Shown here one piece after another: positions 44,852 to 58,719 of a stretch of 64,000 bases of DNA. The DNA lies in the NCBI RefSeq assembly GCF_046105845.1, contig NZ_CP151004.1. One strand, 5' to 3'. How positions within the stretch are numbered: the first letter of the stretch is position 1; each line of letters opens with the position of its first letter. Origin of the DNA: Escherichia coli. GTDB lineage: Bacteria > Pseudomonadota > Gammaproteobacteria > Enterobacterales > Enterobacteriaceae. The notes below the pieces were generated by a model. The model had not been told where the DNA came from and did no database searches. It saw only the letters and a program-made list of their open reading frames with translations. The translations under genes were made by a program, and so were the position numbers.

Positions 44852-46213
44852 ATGAAACTAAAGACCACATTGTTCGGCAATGTATATCAGTTTAAGGATG
44901 TAAAAGAGGTGCTGGCTAAAGCCAACGAACTGCGTTCGGGGGATGTGCTGGCAGGCGTTGCAGCGGCAAGTTCACAGGAGCGCGTGGCGGCAAAGCAGGT
45001 GTTGTCGGAAATGACCGTAGCGGACATCCGCAATAATCCGGTGATTGCCTATGAAGATGACTGCGTGACGCGGCTGATTCAGGACGATGTTAACGAAACG
45101 GCCTACAACCAGATTAAAAACTGGAGCATCAGCGAACTGCGTGAGTATGTGCTAAGCGATGAAACCAGCGTGGACGACATTGCCTTTACCCGCAAAGGGC
45201 TGACCTCGGAAGTGGTCGCGGCGGTAGCGAAGATTTGCTCCAACGCGGACCTGATCTACGGCGCGAAGAAAATGCCGGTGATCAAAAAGGCCAATACCAC
45301 CATCGGTATTCCGGGCACCTTCAGCGCCCGCTTGCAGCCAAACGACACCCGTGACGACGTGCAAAGTATCGCCGCGCAAATCTACGAAGGGCTTTCCTTC
45401 GGGGTGGGCGATGCGGTGATCGGCGTTAACCCGGTGACTGACGACGTGGAAAACTTAAGCCGCGTGTTGGACACCATTTACGGCGTGATCGACAAATTCA
45501 ACATCCCAACTCAGGGCTGCGTGCTGGCGCACGTCACCACCCAGATTGAAGCGATCCGTCGTGGCGCACCAGGCGGGCTGATTTTCCAGAGTATCTGCGG
45601 CAGCGAAAAAGGGCTGAAAGAATTTGGCGTGGAGCTGGCGATGCTCGACGAAGCGCGCGCAGTGGGCGCAGAGTTCAATCGTATCGCCGGGGAAAACTGC
45701 CTCTACTTCGAAACCGGACAAGGTTCGGCGCTGTCTGCTGGCGCTAACTTCGGCGCAGACCAGGTGACGATGGAAGCGCGTAACTACGGGCTGGCGCGTC
45801 ATTACGATCCGTTTATCGTCAACACCGTGGTCGGCTTTATTGGGCCGGAGTATCTCTACAACGACCGCCAGATTATCCGTGCGGGCTTAGAAGATCACTT
45901 TATGGGTAAGCTGAGCGGCATCTCTATGGGCTGTGACTGCTGCTACACCAACCACGCTGACGCTGACCAGAACCTCAACGAAAACCTCATGATCCTGCTC
46001 GCCACCGCAGGCTGCAACTACATCATGGGGATGCCGCTGGGCGATGACATCATGCTCAACTATCAGACCACCGCATTCCACGACACTGCCACTGTGCGTC
46101 AGTTACTCAACCTGCGCCCGTCACCGGAGTTTGAACGCTGGCTGGAAAGCATGGGCATTATGGCAAACGGTCGCCTGACCAAACGGGCGGGCGATCCGTC
46201 ACTGTTCTTCTGA
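44852..46213 (+). CDS. eutB: Ethanolamine ammonia-lyase large subunit EutB
   Basis: 453 aa (MKLKTTLFGNVYQFKDVKEVLAKANELRSGD...); starts 11 bp after eutA stop with no intervening insertion. Confidence 0.96.
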   Translation: MKLKTTLFGNVYQFKDVKEVLAKANELRSGDVLAGVAAASSQERVAAKQVLSEMTVADIRNNPVIAYEDDCVTRLIQDDVNETAYNQIKNWSISELREYVLSDETSVDDIAFTRKGLTSEVVAAVAKICSNADLIYGAKKMPVIKKANTTIGIPGTFSARLQPNDTRDDVQSIAAQIYEGLSFGVGDAVIGVNPVTDDVENLSRVLDTIYGVIDKFNIPTQGCVLAHVTTQIEAIRRGAPGGLIFQSICGSEKGLKEFGVELAMLDEARAVGAEFNRIAGENCLYFETGQGSALSAGANFGADQVTMEARNYGLARHYDPFIVNTVVGFIGPEYLYNDRQIIRAGLEDHFMGKLSGISMGCDCCYTNHADADQNLNENLMILLATAGCNYIMGMPLGDDIMLNYQTTAFHDTATVRQLLNLRPSPEFERWLESMGIMANGRLTKRAGDPSLFF

Positions 46214-46233
46214 TGACGCGGAGATAACACATC

Positions 46234-47118
46234 ATGGATCAAAAACAGATTGAAGAAATTGTACGCAGCGTGATGGCGTCAATGGGACAAGCGGCCCCCG
46301 CGCCGTCAGAAGCAAAGTGCGCCACCACCTGTGCGGCACCGGTGACCTCGGAAAGCTGCGCGCTGGACTTAGGCTCTGCGGAAGCAAAAGCGTGGATTGG
46401 CGTTGAAAACCCGCATCGCGCAGACGTATTAACAGAACTGCGTCGCAGCACCGTGGCCCGCGTTTGTACCGGTCGTGCCGGTCCGCGTCCGCGTACCCAG
46501 GCGTTGCTGCGTTTCCTGGCCGATCACTCTCGTTCGAAAGATACCGTACTGAAAGAAGTGCCGGAAGAGTGGGTGAAAGCGCAGGGCTTGCTGGAAGTCC
46601 GCTCTGAAATTAGCGACAAAAATCTCTACCTGACTCGTCCGGATATGGGCCGCCGCCTGTGTGCAGAAGCTGTTGAAGCCCTGAAAGCACAGTGTGTTGC
46701 TAATCCGGACGTGCAGGTCGTTATTTCTGATGGCCTGTCAACTGATGCGATCACCGTGAACTACGAAGAGATCCTGCCACCGCTGATGGCGGGCCTGAAA
46801 CAGGCCGGGCTGAAAGTCGGTACGCCATTCTTTGTTCGTTATGGTCGCGTGAAGATTGAAGATCAGATCGGTGAGATCCTCGGCGCGAAAGTGGTGATCC
46901 TGCTGGTGGGGGAACGCCCGGGATTAGGGCAGTCAGAAAGTCTCTCCTGCTACGCCGTTTACTCGCCGCGTATGGCAACCACCGTTGAAGCCGATCGCAC
47001 CTGTATCTCTAACATTCACCAGGGCGGCACGCCGCCGGTTGAAGCCGCAGCCGTCATTGTGGATTTGGCGAAACGTATGCTGGAGCAGAAAGCATCCGGC
47101 ATCAACATGACCCGATAA
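46234..47118 (+). CDS. eutC: Ethanolamine ammonia-lyase small subunit EutC
   Basis: 294 aa; follows eutB. Confidence 0.95.
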   Translation: MDQKQIEEIVRSVMASMGQAAPAPSEAKCATTCAAPVTSESCALDLGSAEAKAWIGVENPHRADVLTELRRSTVARVCTGRAGPRPRTQALLRFLADHSRSKDTVLKEVPEEWVKAQGLLEVRSEISDKNLYLTRPDMGRRLCAEAVEALKAQCVANPDVQVVISDGLSTDAITVNYEEILPPLMAGLKQAGLKVGTPFFVRYGRVKIEDQIGEILGAKVVILLVGERPGLGQSESLSCYAVYSPRMATTVEADRTCISNIHQGGTPPVEAAAVIVDLAKRMLEQKASGINMTR

Positions 47119-47127
47119 GGAGGCATC

Positions 47128-47787
47128 ATGCCAGCTTTAGATTTGATTCGACCGTCGGTAACCGCCATGCGGGTGATTGCCTCCGTTAACGCCGAATTTG
47201 CGCGTGAACTGAAATTGCCGCCGCATATTCGTAGCCTTGGGCTGATTTCTGCCGACTCCGATGACGTAACCTACATTGCGGCTGACGAAGCGACCAAGCA
47301 GGCGATGGTCGAAGTGGTGTATGGCCGCTCGCTGTATGCGGGAGCTGCACACGGACCGTCACCGACTGCCGGTGAAGTGCTGATTATGCTCGGTGGGCCA
47401 AACCCGGCGGAAGTGCGTGCTGGTCTGGATGCGATGGTTGCGCATATTGAAAATGGCGCGGCTTTCCAGTGGGCTAATGATGCGCAAGATACGGCATTCC
47501 TGGCACATGTAGTTTCGCGTACCGGTTCTTATCTCTCATCAACCGCCGGGATCACGCTTGGCGATCCGATGGCGTATCTGGTGGCACCGCCGCTGGAAGC
47601 GACCTACGGCATTGATGCAGCCCTGAAATCTGCCGACGTACAGCTGGTGACCTATGTCCCGCCGCCGTCTGAAACCAACTACTCGGCAGCATTTTTAACC
47701 GGTAGCCAGGCCGCGTGTAAAGCAGCCTGTAACGCCTTTACCGATGCAGTGCTGGAAATCGCGCGTAATCCAATCCAGCGTGCGTAA
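47128..47787 (+). CDS. eutL: Microcompartment shell protein EutL (tandem BMC domain)
   Basis: 219 aa ([38 protein letters not shown]...). Confidence 0.94.
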   Translation: MPALDLIRPSVTAMRVIASVNAEFARELKLPPHIRSLGLISADSDDVTYIAADEATKQAMVEVVYGRSLYAGAAHGPSPTAGEVLIMLGGPNPAEVRAGLDAMVAHIENGAAFQWANDAQDTAFLAHVVSRTGSYLSSTAGITLGDPMAYLVAPPLEATYGIDAALKSADVQLVTYVPPPSETNYSAAFLTGSQAACKAACNAFTDAVLEIARNPIQRA

Positions 47788-47799
47788 CGGAGGTTGCCG

Positions 47800-48300
47800 A
47801 TGATCAATGCACTGGGATTGCTGGAAGTGGACGGCATGGTCGCCGCGATAGATGCAGCTGATGCCATGCTCAAAGCAGCTAACGTTCGTCTGCTCAGTCA
47901 CGAAGTGCTTGACCCTGGTCGCCTAACGCTGGTGGTGGAAGGCGATCTGGCGGCGTGTCGTGCGGCGCTGGACGCAGGTTGTGCTGCCGCGATGCGTACC
48001 GGGCGTGTCATCAGCCGTAAGGAGATCGGTCGGCCAGACGATGACACCCAGTGGCTGGTTACTGGCTTTAACCGCCAGCCGAAGCAACCCGTAAAGGAAC
48101 CCGACGCGCCAGTTATCGTCGCGGAATCTGCTGACGAGTTGTTGGCGCTGTTAACATCAGTACGTCAGGGAATGACGGCAGGAGAAGTGGCAGCCCACTT
48201 TGGCTGGCCGCTCGAAAAAGCCAGAAATGCGCTCGAACAGCTCTTTTCTGCCGGGACGTTACGTAAACGCAGTAGTCGTTATCGTCTCAAGCCCCATTAA
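47800..48300 (+). CDS. eutK: Microcompartment shell protein EutK (BMC domain plus C-terminal helix-turn-helix-like tail)
   Basis: 166 aa from ATG 47800 with GGAGG 6 nt upstream; MINALGLLEVDGMVAAIDAADAMLKAANV. Confidence 0.93.
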   Translation: MINALGLLEVDGMVAAIDAADAMLKAANVRLLSHEVLDPGRLTLVVEGDLAACRAALDAGCAAAMRTGRVISRKEIGRPDDDTQWLVTGFNRQPKQPVKEPDAPVIVAESADELLALLTSVRQGMTAGEVAAHFGWPLEKARNALEQLFSAGTLRKRSSRYRLKPH

Positions 48301-48311
48301 CCTGTCGGAGG

Positions 48312-48337
48312 TGCCGGGTGTCCTACAACACCCGGCA
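48312..48337 (+). promoter_or_regulatory. Perfect 10 bp stem-loop in the eutR translation initiation region
   Basis: tgccgggtgt-cctaca-acacccggca; GGAGG immediately upstream (48307..48311) and eutR ATG 8 nt downstream (48346). Confidence 0.55.
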
Positions 48338-48345
48338 TTAACATC

Positions 48346-49398
48346 ATGAAAAAGACCCGTACAGCCAATTTGCACCATCTTTATCATGAACCCTTACCCG
48401 AAAACCTGAAGCTCACGCCGAAGGTCGAAGTGGATAATGTTCATCAACGACAGACAACGGATGTCTATGAACATGCTTTGACGATTACCGCCTGGCAGCA
48501 GATTTACGATCAGCTGCATCCGGGCAAGTTTCATGGTGAATTTACGGAAATTCTACTCGATGATATTCAGGTTTTTCGTGAATACACCGGTCTGGCGCTG
48601 CGTCAGTCGTGCCTGGTCTGGCCGAACTCGTTCTGGTTTGGCATTCCGGCGACGCGCGGTGAGCAGGGATTTATCGGTTCGCAATGTTTGGGAAGCGCAG
48701 AAATTGCGACGCGCCCTGGCGGCACCGAGTTTGAATTAAGTACGCCGGACGATTACACGATCCTGGGCGTAGTGCTTTCTGAAGATGTCATCACCCGTCA
48801 GGCTAACTTTTTGCATAATCCGGATCGGGTATTACATATGCTGCGTAGCCAGTCGGCGCTGGAAGTGAAAGAACAGCATAAAGCCGCGCTGTGGGGCTTT
48901 GTCCAACAGGCGCTGGCGACATTTTGCGAGAACCCGGAAAATCTTCATCAGCCTGCTGTGCGTAAAGTGCTGGGGGATAATTTGCTAATGGCGATGGGGG
49001 CGATGCTGGAAGAAGCGCAGCCAATGGTGACGGCGGAAAGCATCAGTCATCAGAGTTACCGTAGATTACTTTCCCGCGCCCGTGAATATGTGCTGGAAAA
49101 TATGTCTGAGCCGGTGACGGTGCTGGACTTGTGTAATCAACTGCATGTCAGCCGCCGCACGCTACAAAACGCGTTTCACGCTATTTTAGGCATTGGCCCA
49201 AATGCGTGGCTGAAACGCATTCGCCTGAACGCCGTACGCCGCGAACTGATAAGCCCTTGGTCGCAAAGCACAACGGTAAAAGACGCAGCCATGCAGTGGG
49301 GATTCTGGCATCTGGGGCAATTCGCCACGGATTATCAGCAACTGTTTGCCGAGAAGCCGTCACTGACGCTGCATCAGCGGATGCGGGAATGGGGGTGA
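48346..49398 (+). CDS. eutR: AraC-family transcriptional activator of the eut operon, EutR
   Basis: 350 aa; C-terminal AraC-type helix-turn-helix region. Confidence 0.94.
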   Translation: MKKTRTANLHHLYHEPLPENLKLTPKVEVDNVHQRQTTDVYEHALTITAWQQIYDQLHPGKFHGEFTEILLDDIQVFREYTGLALRQSCLVWPNSFWFGIPATRGEQGFIGSQCLGSAEIATRPGGTEFELSTPDDYTILGVVLSEDVITRQANFLHNPDRVLHMLRSQSALEVKEQHKAALWGFVQQALATFCENPENLHQPAVRKVLGDNLLMAMGAMLEEAQPMVTAESISHQSYRRLLSRAREYVLENMSEPVTVLDLCNQLHVSRRTLQNAFHAILGIGPNAWLKRIRLNAVRRELISPWSQSTTVKDAAMQWGFWHLGQFATDYQQLFAEKPSLTLHQRMREWG

Positions 49399-49403
49399 GG
49401 GAG

Positions 49404-50306
<903 letters not shown>

Positions 50307-51176
50307 TTACCGCTTTCTCGAGTGTGCTTTCTGGTTGTCAAACCAGTGAAAATAACTGATCACGCCTTCGGCAATCGCTGTGGCGATTTTCTGGCGAAAT
50401 GCCGCCGTGCCTAACAGCCGCTCTTCTTCCGGATTGGTGATAAACGAGGTTTCCACCAGCACCGAAGGAACCGACGGCGATTTCAACACCACAAACGCGG
50501 CTTGTTCGGTGTTGCGGCTGTGCAGTTTATGCACCGGCTTAATCTTTTTCAGAATATGCGAGCCAAGCGTCAGGCTGTTTTTAATAGTATCGGTTTGCAC
50601 CAGATCAAACAGCACTTGCTGCAATAGGTGATCCTTGTCAGTCGCCTTTTTACCAGCAACTTCATCGGCGCGGTTTTCGCGTTCAGACAGGTATTTCGCC
50701 ATTGCGCTACTTGCACCGCGGTTAGAGAGGGCAAATACCGAAGCACCGGCAGCTTTCGGGTTGGTAAAGCCGTCGGCATGAATTGACATAAACAGATCTG
50801 CGCCATGTTTATGGGCGATTTCAACGCGATCGTAAAGTGGGATAAACGTATCGCCAGAACGCGTTAAACGCGCATCAATGCCATGATTACGCAAAATGGA
50901 ACGGACGTTTTTAGCAATCGCCAGCACCACATGTTTTTCTTTCGAACCGTTGCGTCCGATCGCTCCGGTATCAATCCCTCCGTGGCCTGGATCGAGAACA
51001 ACGACACGTTTGCCGCCAGATTTTTTTGCTTTCGGCTTGCTGTGTCCGTTGCTGGTTTTTAAAGGTTCTTCTTTGGCGATGGCTTGCGACATTCCTGACA
51101 ACGTCAGCGCTGCAAGTCCTGCTTTCAGCACCTGGCGGCGCGAAGTGAGTGTTTTTAGTGGTTTAAAAGTGCTCAT
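50307..51176 (-). CDS. amiA: N-acetylmuramoyl-L-alanine amidase AmiA (Tat-exported)
   Basis: 289 aa; twin-arginine signal SRRQVLKAGLAALTL; amidase_3 sequence; stop 3 bp before hemF start. Confidence 0.95.
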   Translation of the reverse strand: MSTFKPLKTLTSRRQVLKAGLAALTLSGMSQAIAKEEPLKTSNGHSKPKAKKSGGKRVVVLDPGHGGIDTGAIGRNGSKEKHVVLAIAKNVRSILRNHGIDARLTRSGDTFIPLYDRVEIAHKHGADLFMSIHADGFTNPKAAGASVFALSNRGASSAMAKYLSERENRADEVAGKKATDKDHLLQQVLFDLVQTDTIKNSLTLGSHILKKIKPVHKLHSRNTEQAAFVVLKSPSVPSVLVETSFITNPEEERLLGTAAFRQKIATAIAEGVISYFHWFDNQKAHSRKR

Positions 51177-51389
51177 ACGGCCTGAGTTGTAATAATAAAG
51201 TTCCAGATGTTATATCGTATCGCGTAATCCGTTACGACCGTTTGCTGTTGAGAATTGTTTTACTTTTCATTTCAATAGTTGACAACTCCCCATTATGCCA
51301 CTTTTTCAACCGATTTTCGTCAGATATTGGCTAATTCGACCGTTCACGCCATAATCAGCCTTTTAACCCGCAAAAAGGTAACGAATACC

Positions 51390-51815
51390 ATGGAGATACG
51401 CGTATTTCGCCAGGAAGATTTCGAAGAGGTCATCACCCTTTGGGAGCGTTGCGACTTGCTGCGTCCGTGGAACGATCCGGAAATGGACATCGAGCGTAAG
51501 ATGAACCATGACGTCAGTTTGTTTCTGGTCGCTGAGGTAAACGGTGAAGTGGTCGGCACGGTGATGGGCGGTTATGACGGGCATCGCGGGTCTGCTTATT
51601 ATCTTGGCGTGCATCCAGAGTTTCGTGGGCGTGGGATTGCCAATGCGTTGCTTAATCGGTTGGAGAAAAAGCTGATTGCTCGCGGCTGCCCGAAAATTCA
51701 GATCAACGTGCCGGAAGATAACGACATGGTGCTCGGAATGTATGAACGCCTGGGATATGAACACGCCGACGTGCTGAGTTTGGGTAAGCGTTTGATTGAA
51801 GATGAAGAGTACTGA
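51390..51815 (+). CDS. ypeA: GNAT-family acetyltransferase YpeA
   Basis: 141 aa from ATG 51390 ([29 protein letters not shown]...); the track ORF is an upstream extension. Confidence 0.9.
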
Positions 51816-52251
51816 GTTTCATCCTGTCCATTATGATGCGCACGGTCGCCTGCGTTTACCCTTGCTCTTCTGGCTTGTGCTATTGCTTCAGGCGCGAACC
51901 TGGGTGCTGTTTGTCATTGCCGGTGCGTCGCGCGAGCAGGGTACTGCACTGCTAAATCTGTTTTATCCCGATCACGATAATTTCTGGCTGGGGTTGATTC
52001 CCGGCATTCCGGCGGTGCTGGCGTTTTTGCTGAGTGGTCGGCGGGCTTCATTTCCCCGTATCTGGCATGTGCTCTATTTTCTGTTGCTGTTGGCGCAAGT
52101 GGTTTTACTTTGCTGGCAACCGTGGCTGTGGCTGAACGGTGAATCCGTTAGCGGTATCGGTCTGTCGCTGGTAGTGGCGGATATTGTGGCGTTAATCTGG
52201 CTGCTGACCAATCGACGTTTACGCGCTTGTTTTAATGAAGAAAAAGAATAA
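51802..52251 (+). CDS. yfeZ: Inner membrane protein YfeZ
   Basis: 149 aa hydrophobic ORF from ATG 51802, overlapping ypeA 3-prime end by 14 bp. Confidence 0.88.
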
Positions 52252-52311
52252 CGGCACTTTTTGGTGAATTTGCACTCCAAGCAACGTTATTGAATAACCA
52301 AAGGAAGTGAC

Positions 52312-52887
52312 ATGAAATCGCTGCGTTTAATGTTATGCGCTATGCCGCTGATGCTGACCGGCTGTTCCACGATGTCGTCAGTTAACTGGTCTGCCGCTAA
52401 CCCGTGGAACTGGTTTGGGTCGTCCACCAAAGTGAGCGAGCAGGGCGTTGGTGAATTAACGGCGTCCACACCACTGCAAGAACAACCCATTGCCGATGCG
52501 CTTGATGGCGATTATCGCCTGCGCAGCGGAATGAAAACCGCGAACGGCAACGTGGTGCGCTTTTTTGAAGTGATGAAAGGCGACAACGTGGCGATGGTGA
52601 TTAACGGCGATCAGGGTACGATCAGCCGCATTGATGTGCTGGATAGCGATATTCCTGCTGACACCGGTGTTAAAATCGGTACACCGTTTAGCGACCTTTA
52701 CAGCAAAGCATTTGGCAATTGCCAAAAAGCTGATGGTGATGATAATCGTGCCGTCGAATGTAAAGCCGAAGGCAGTCAACATATTAGCTACCAGTTCAGC
52801 GGGGAATGGAGTGGTCCTGAAGGGTTAATGCCTTCGGACGATACCCTGAAAAACTGGAAAGTCAGTAAAATTATCTGGCGGCGTTAA
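52312..52887 (+). CDS. yfeY: Lipoprotein YfeY
   Basis: 191 aa; signal peptide with lipobox LTGCS; AAGGAAG ribosome-binding site. Confidence 0.9.
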   Translation: MKSLRLMLCAMPLMLTGCSTMSSVNWSAANPWNWFGSSTKVSEQGVGELTASTPLQEQPIADALDGDYRLRSGMKTANGNVVRFFEVMKGDNVAMVINGDQGTISRIDVLDSDIPADTGVKIGTPFSDLYSKAFGNCQKADGDDNRAVECKAEGSQHISYQFSGEWSGPEGLMPSDDTLKNWKVSKIIWRR

Positions 52888-52898
52888 TTTGCGTCTGA

Positions 52899-53882
<984 letters not shown>

Positions 53883-53906
53883 GCGTTTCTGATTCGATGA
53901 TGAAAG

Positions 53907-53938
53907 GCCAGCCAGTAACATTACTGACTGGCTTTTTT
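53907..53938. terminator. Intrinsic terminator between convergent yfeX and yfeW
   Basis: 9 bp stem with one mismatch (ggccagccag / ctgactggc) followed by a six-T run; 25 bp after yfeX stop. Confidence 0.75.
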
Positions 53939-53939
53939 A

Positions 53940-55241
53940 TTACTGCTTTAACGCCGCATACACCTGATCAACCACCCAACCATAAGTTGCAATCGGTAGC
54001 TGACCGCTTTCGAACATATTGGGATTTTTTTGTGGATCGGCAACTGGCGAATGTGGCTTGTTGCTTAACATCACAATCGCCATATGATTCACCGGATCGA
54101 TAACGGTCACCGTCCCGGTCCAGCCAGTGTGACCGTAGGTTTGCGGGCTTGCCAGCGTGCCAAACGTCGGTGTCATGGTGGCATTACCATTCACGCGCCA
54201 GCCGAGGCCAAAAGTGGCATCTTCCTTAGAGCTGGTGGTGAACATCTTCACCGTTTCTGCATTGAACAGCTGCACATCACCATAGCCACCGCCGTTCAGC
54301 ATCGTTTGCATTAACACCGCAATATCGCCGGTATTGGAAAACAAACCTGCGTGCCCGGAAACGCCGCCCATCGAATAAAAGGCTTTTTCATCGTGCACCT
54401 GACCCCAGAGAGTGGAGGTGCGGATATTCGGGAAATGGATCACGCCATCGCGGGTATTGCCGTTGAGTTCCGTGGCGGCAATTTGTTGCGGTTTAAAGCC
54501 TTTCAGTAGCGGATTAAACACCGTATGCGTCAGGCCGAGCGGGCGATAAATCGACTCTTCAACATAGCGGTCAAGTGGCTGACCGGTAACCGACTCGACG
54601 ATAAATCCAAGCAGCATATAATCGACATCGCTGTAGATATGCTTGCTGCCGGGCTGATACTCCAGCGGCGTGCGCTTGATCATCTCCAGCGTCTGGCCTT
54701 TATCCTGGGAATATAACGCGCCCGCGACCGCTTTATTCGGATATTGTGGGTCCGCCGGGAAACCGCCGCTGTGATGCAGCAGGTCAGAAATCCGCAGCGT
54801 GTTTTTGCCTTTGATGGTGTCATTTGGACTATCGGCAAATCCCGGAATATATTTCGCAATCCGATCGTCAGGATGCAGCTTGCCTTCGCTCATTAGCTTT
54901 TGCAGAGCAAAGTTAGTGGCGTACATCTTGGTATTGGAAGCCAGGTCATACAGCGTCCCGGTGGTGGCTTTGACAGGCTGTTCCATCAATACGCTGCCAT
55001 CGTACTTTTTCGCCGCTCCCCAGGCTTTGCGATACACAATCTGATTATCTTTTATAATCAGCAGGTTTACGCCGGGATAACCGGCGTCCACTTGCTGGCT
55101 AATCCAGCGATCCATCTGGTTAAGCCGTTCGACGTTGAACCCTGCTTTCTCTGGCGAACTTTCTGTCAGTACAGGGTATTTTGCGGCGCTGACGCTACAA
55201 CTAACAGCCAGCAGAGAAAGATAGAGCATTGTCCGTTTCAT
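53940..55241 (-). CDS. yfeW: Penicillin-binding protein 4B (YfeW, beta-lactamase fold)
   Basis: Start placed at ATG 55241 (MKRTMLYLSLLAVSCSVSAA signal peptide); SxxK motif ASNTK; the track ORF is an upstream extension. Confidence 0.9.
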   Translation of the reverse strand: MKRTMLYLSLLAVSCSVSAAKYPVLTESSPEKAGFNVERLNQMDRWISQQVDAGYPGVNLLIIKDNQIVYRKAWGAAKKYDGSVLMEQPVKATTGTLYDLASNTKMYATNFALQKLMSEGKLHPDDRIAKYIPGFADSPNDTIKGKNTLRISDLLHHSGGFPADPQYPNKAVAGALYSQDKGQTLEMIKRTPLEYQPGSKHIYSDVDYMLLGFIVESVTGQPLDRYVEESIYRPLGLTHTVFNPLLKGFKPQQIAATELNGNTRDGVIHFPNIRTSTLWGQVHDEKAFYSMGGVSGHAGLFSNTGDIAVLMQTMLNGGGYGDVQLFNAETVKMFTTSSKEDATFGLGWRVNGNATMTPTFGTLASPQTYGHTGWTGTVTVIDPVNHMAIVMLSNKPHSPVADPQKNPNMFESGQLPIATYGWVVDQVYAALKQ

Positions 55242-55245
55242 GATA

Positions 55246-56670
<1,425 letters not shown>

Positions 56671-56673
56671 GGG

Positions 56674-57570
56674 TTATTCCTTGTCTAAAACCTGACGAAT
56701 AAAGCCGCCGTGTTGATCCAGGCGTTTTTTAGCTTCTGCGGCATCGAGATTTTTCAGCACCATCACAATGGCCGTTTTACAGTTGCGCTCGCAGGCAACC
56801 AATGCCGCTTCCGCTTGCTCTGCGCTACATCCGGTAGCGTTTTTGACGATATTGACCTGGCGCACATGCAGTTTTTCGTTGGTGGCGACCACATCGACCA
56901 TCAGGTTGCCGAACACTTTGCCGGATTTAATCATCAGCCCGGTGGAAAGCATATTGAGCACCAGTTTCTGCGCCGTGCCTGCTTTCATTCGCGAAGAACC
57001 GGTGACTACTTCGGCACCTACAATCGGTGTAATGGCAAACTCTGCGGTGGTTGAAACGGCGCTCCCCGGATTACAGGAAATTCCCACTGTGCGGCAGCCG
57101 AGCTGGCGCGCGTATTCCAGTCCGGCAATCACATACGGCGTACGACCGCTGGCGGCAATACCGACCACCACATCCTGCGCGGTTAAGCCGATATTTTTCA
57201 GATCATTAATACCACCTTCCCGGCTATCTTCCGCGCCTTCCACCGCGTGCTGAATGGCATATTCGCCGCCAGCAATCAAACCAACCACCAGACCCGGTTT
57301 CACGCCGTAGGTCGGCGGGCATTCGCTGGCATCCAGAATCCCCAGACGACCTGATGTTCCCGCACCGAGATAAATCAGACGCCCACCGCCGCTTACCTGG
57401 GCGTGGATAACATCGATCGCCGCGGCGATATCCGGCAGTACGCGCTCAACGGCAAGCGGCACGGTTTTATCTTCATCGTTGATAATCCGGCACATTTCCA
57501 GCGTCGATACGCGGTCAATTTCAGCCGAGGCGGCGTTCGAGCCTTCAGTAATCATCTTTTCAAGTTGCAT
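56674..57570 (-). CDS. murQ: N-acetylmuramic acid 6-phosphate etherase MurQ (SIS domain)
   Basis: 298 aa ([35 protein letters not shown]...). Confidence 0.95.
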   Translation of the reverse strand: MQLEKMITEGSNAASAEIDRVSTLEMCRIINDEDKTVPLAVERVLPDIAAAIDVIHAQVSGGGRLIYLGAGTSGRLGILDASECPPTYGVKPGLVVGLIAGGEYAIQHAVEGAEDSREGGINDLKNIGLTAQDVVVGIAASGRTPYVIAGLEYARQLGCRTVGISCNPGSAVSTTAEFAITPIVGAEVVTGSSRMKAGTAQKLVLNMLSTGLMIKSGKVFGNLMVDVVATNEKLHVRQVNIVKNATGCSAEQAEAALVACERNCKTAIVMVLKNLDAAEAKKRLDQHGGFIRQVLDKE

Positions 57571-57662
57571 CGGTGGTGACCTTACTATTTACGATCAAAT
57601 AATTGCAGATGTATGGAATCATATATCCCGAATTGACAGACTTAAAGGAATCATTGAGTCTA

Positions 57663-57689
57663 CACTCGCAGAGTGTGAAGAGCGTCATA
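57663..57689. promoter_or_regulatory. Candidate CRP site and overlapping inverted repeat (possible MurR operator) in the murQ-murR divergent region
   Basis: TGTGAagagcgTCATA (57674..57689) matches the CRP consensus TGTGA-N6-TCACA with one mismatch; overlapping palindrome acactCGCAGagtgt (57663..57677). Confidence 0.45.
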
Positions 57690-57733
57690 AGAACTTAAGC
57701 GGAATTTTTGCTGCCAGCCCAGGAGAGTGGAAG

Positions 57734-58591
57734 ATGTTGTACCTGACGAAAATACGCAATGCGGAAAGTGAATTTACCGGGAACGAGCAAAAAATTGCTG
57801 ACTTTCTGCGGGCCAACGTGAGTGAGCTGAAATCTGTCTCTTCGCGCAAGATGGCGAAACAGCTCGGCATCAGTCAGTCGAGTATTGTGAAGTTTGCTCA
57901 GAAGCTCGGCGCTCAAGGATTTACTGAATTGCGTATGGCGTTAATTGGCGAATACAGTGCCAGCCGGGAGAAAACGAATGCCACGGCGCTGCACCTGCAC
58001 AGTTCGATTACCAGTGATGATTCGCTGGAAGTGATTGCCCGCAAACTGAATCGCGAAAAAGAGCTGGCGCTGGAGCAAACCTGCGCGTTGTTCGACTACG
58101 CGCGGCTGCAAAAAATCATTGAGGTCATCAGTAAAGCGCCATTTATCCAGATAACGGGCCTGGGCGGGTCGGCGTTGGTGGGGCGCGATCTTTCATTCAA
58201 ACTGATGAAAATTGGTTATCGTGTGGCCTGTGAAGCTGACACGCATGTACAAGCCACCGTTTCCCAGGCGCTAAAAAAAGGCGATGTACAAATCGCTATC
58301 TCTTACAGCGGCAGTAAAAAAGAGATTGTCTTGTGCGCCGAGGCAGCACGAAAGCAGGGGGCAACGGTGATTGCCATTACCTCGTTAACCGATTCCCCGC
58401 TGCGGCGGCTGGCGCATTACACCCTCGATACCGTTTCTGGCGAAACCGAATGGCGTAGCTCGTCGATGTCCACCCGCACGGCGCAAAATTCTGTTACCGA
58501 TTTACTGTTTGTTGGCCTTGTGCAACTCAATGATGTGGAGTCATTGAAAATGATTGAGCGCAGCAGTGAGCTAACACAACGCCTGAAATGA
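57734..58591 (+). CDS. murR: RpiR-family transcriptional repressor MurR
   Basis: 285 aa from ATG 57734 preceded by AGGAGAG; N-terminal helix-turn-helix, C-terminal SIS domain. Confidence 0.92.
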   Translation: MLYLTKIRNAESEFTGNEQKIADFLRANVSELKSVSSRKMAKQLGISQSSIVKFAQKLGAQGFTELRMALIGEYSASREKTNATALHLHSSITSDDSLEVIARKLNREKELALEQTCALFDYARLQKIIEVISKAPFIQITGLGGSALVGRDLSFKLMKIGYRVACEADTHVQATVSQALKKGDVQIAISYSGSKKEIVLCAEAARKQGATVIAITSLTDSPLRRLAHYTLDTVSGETEWRSSSMSTRTAQNSVTDLLFVGLVQLNDVESLKMIERSSELTQRLK

Positions 58592-58719
58592 TGCATAAAG
58601 CAGCGACTGGATTGAGATTTTCCTGAATTAGTGAGCTGATCCGCAGCAATATTTTGTTTATCCTGTATTTTCAGAGGGAATGGAGTGTAACGCTCTGTAT
58701 TAACAAGGAGAGCATTAAA

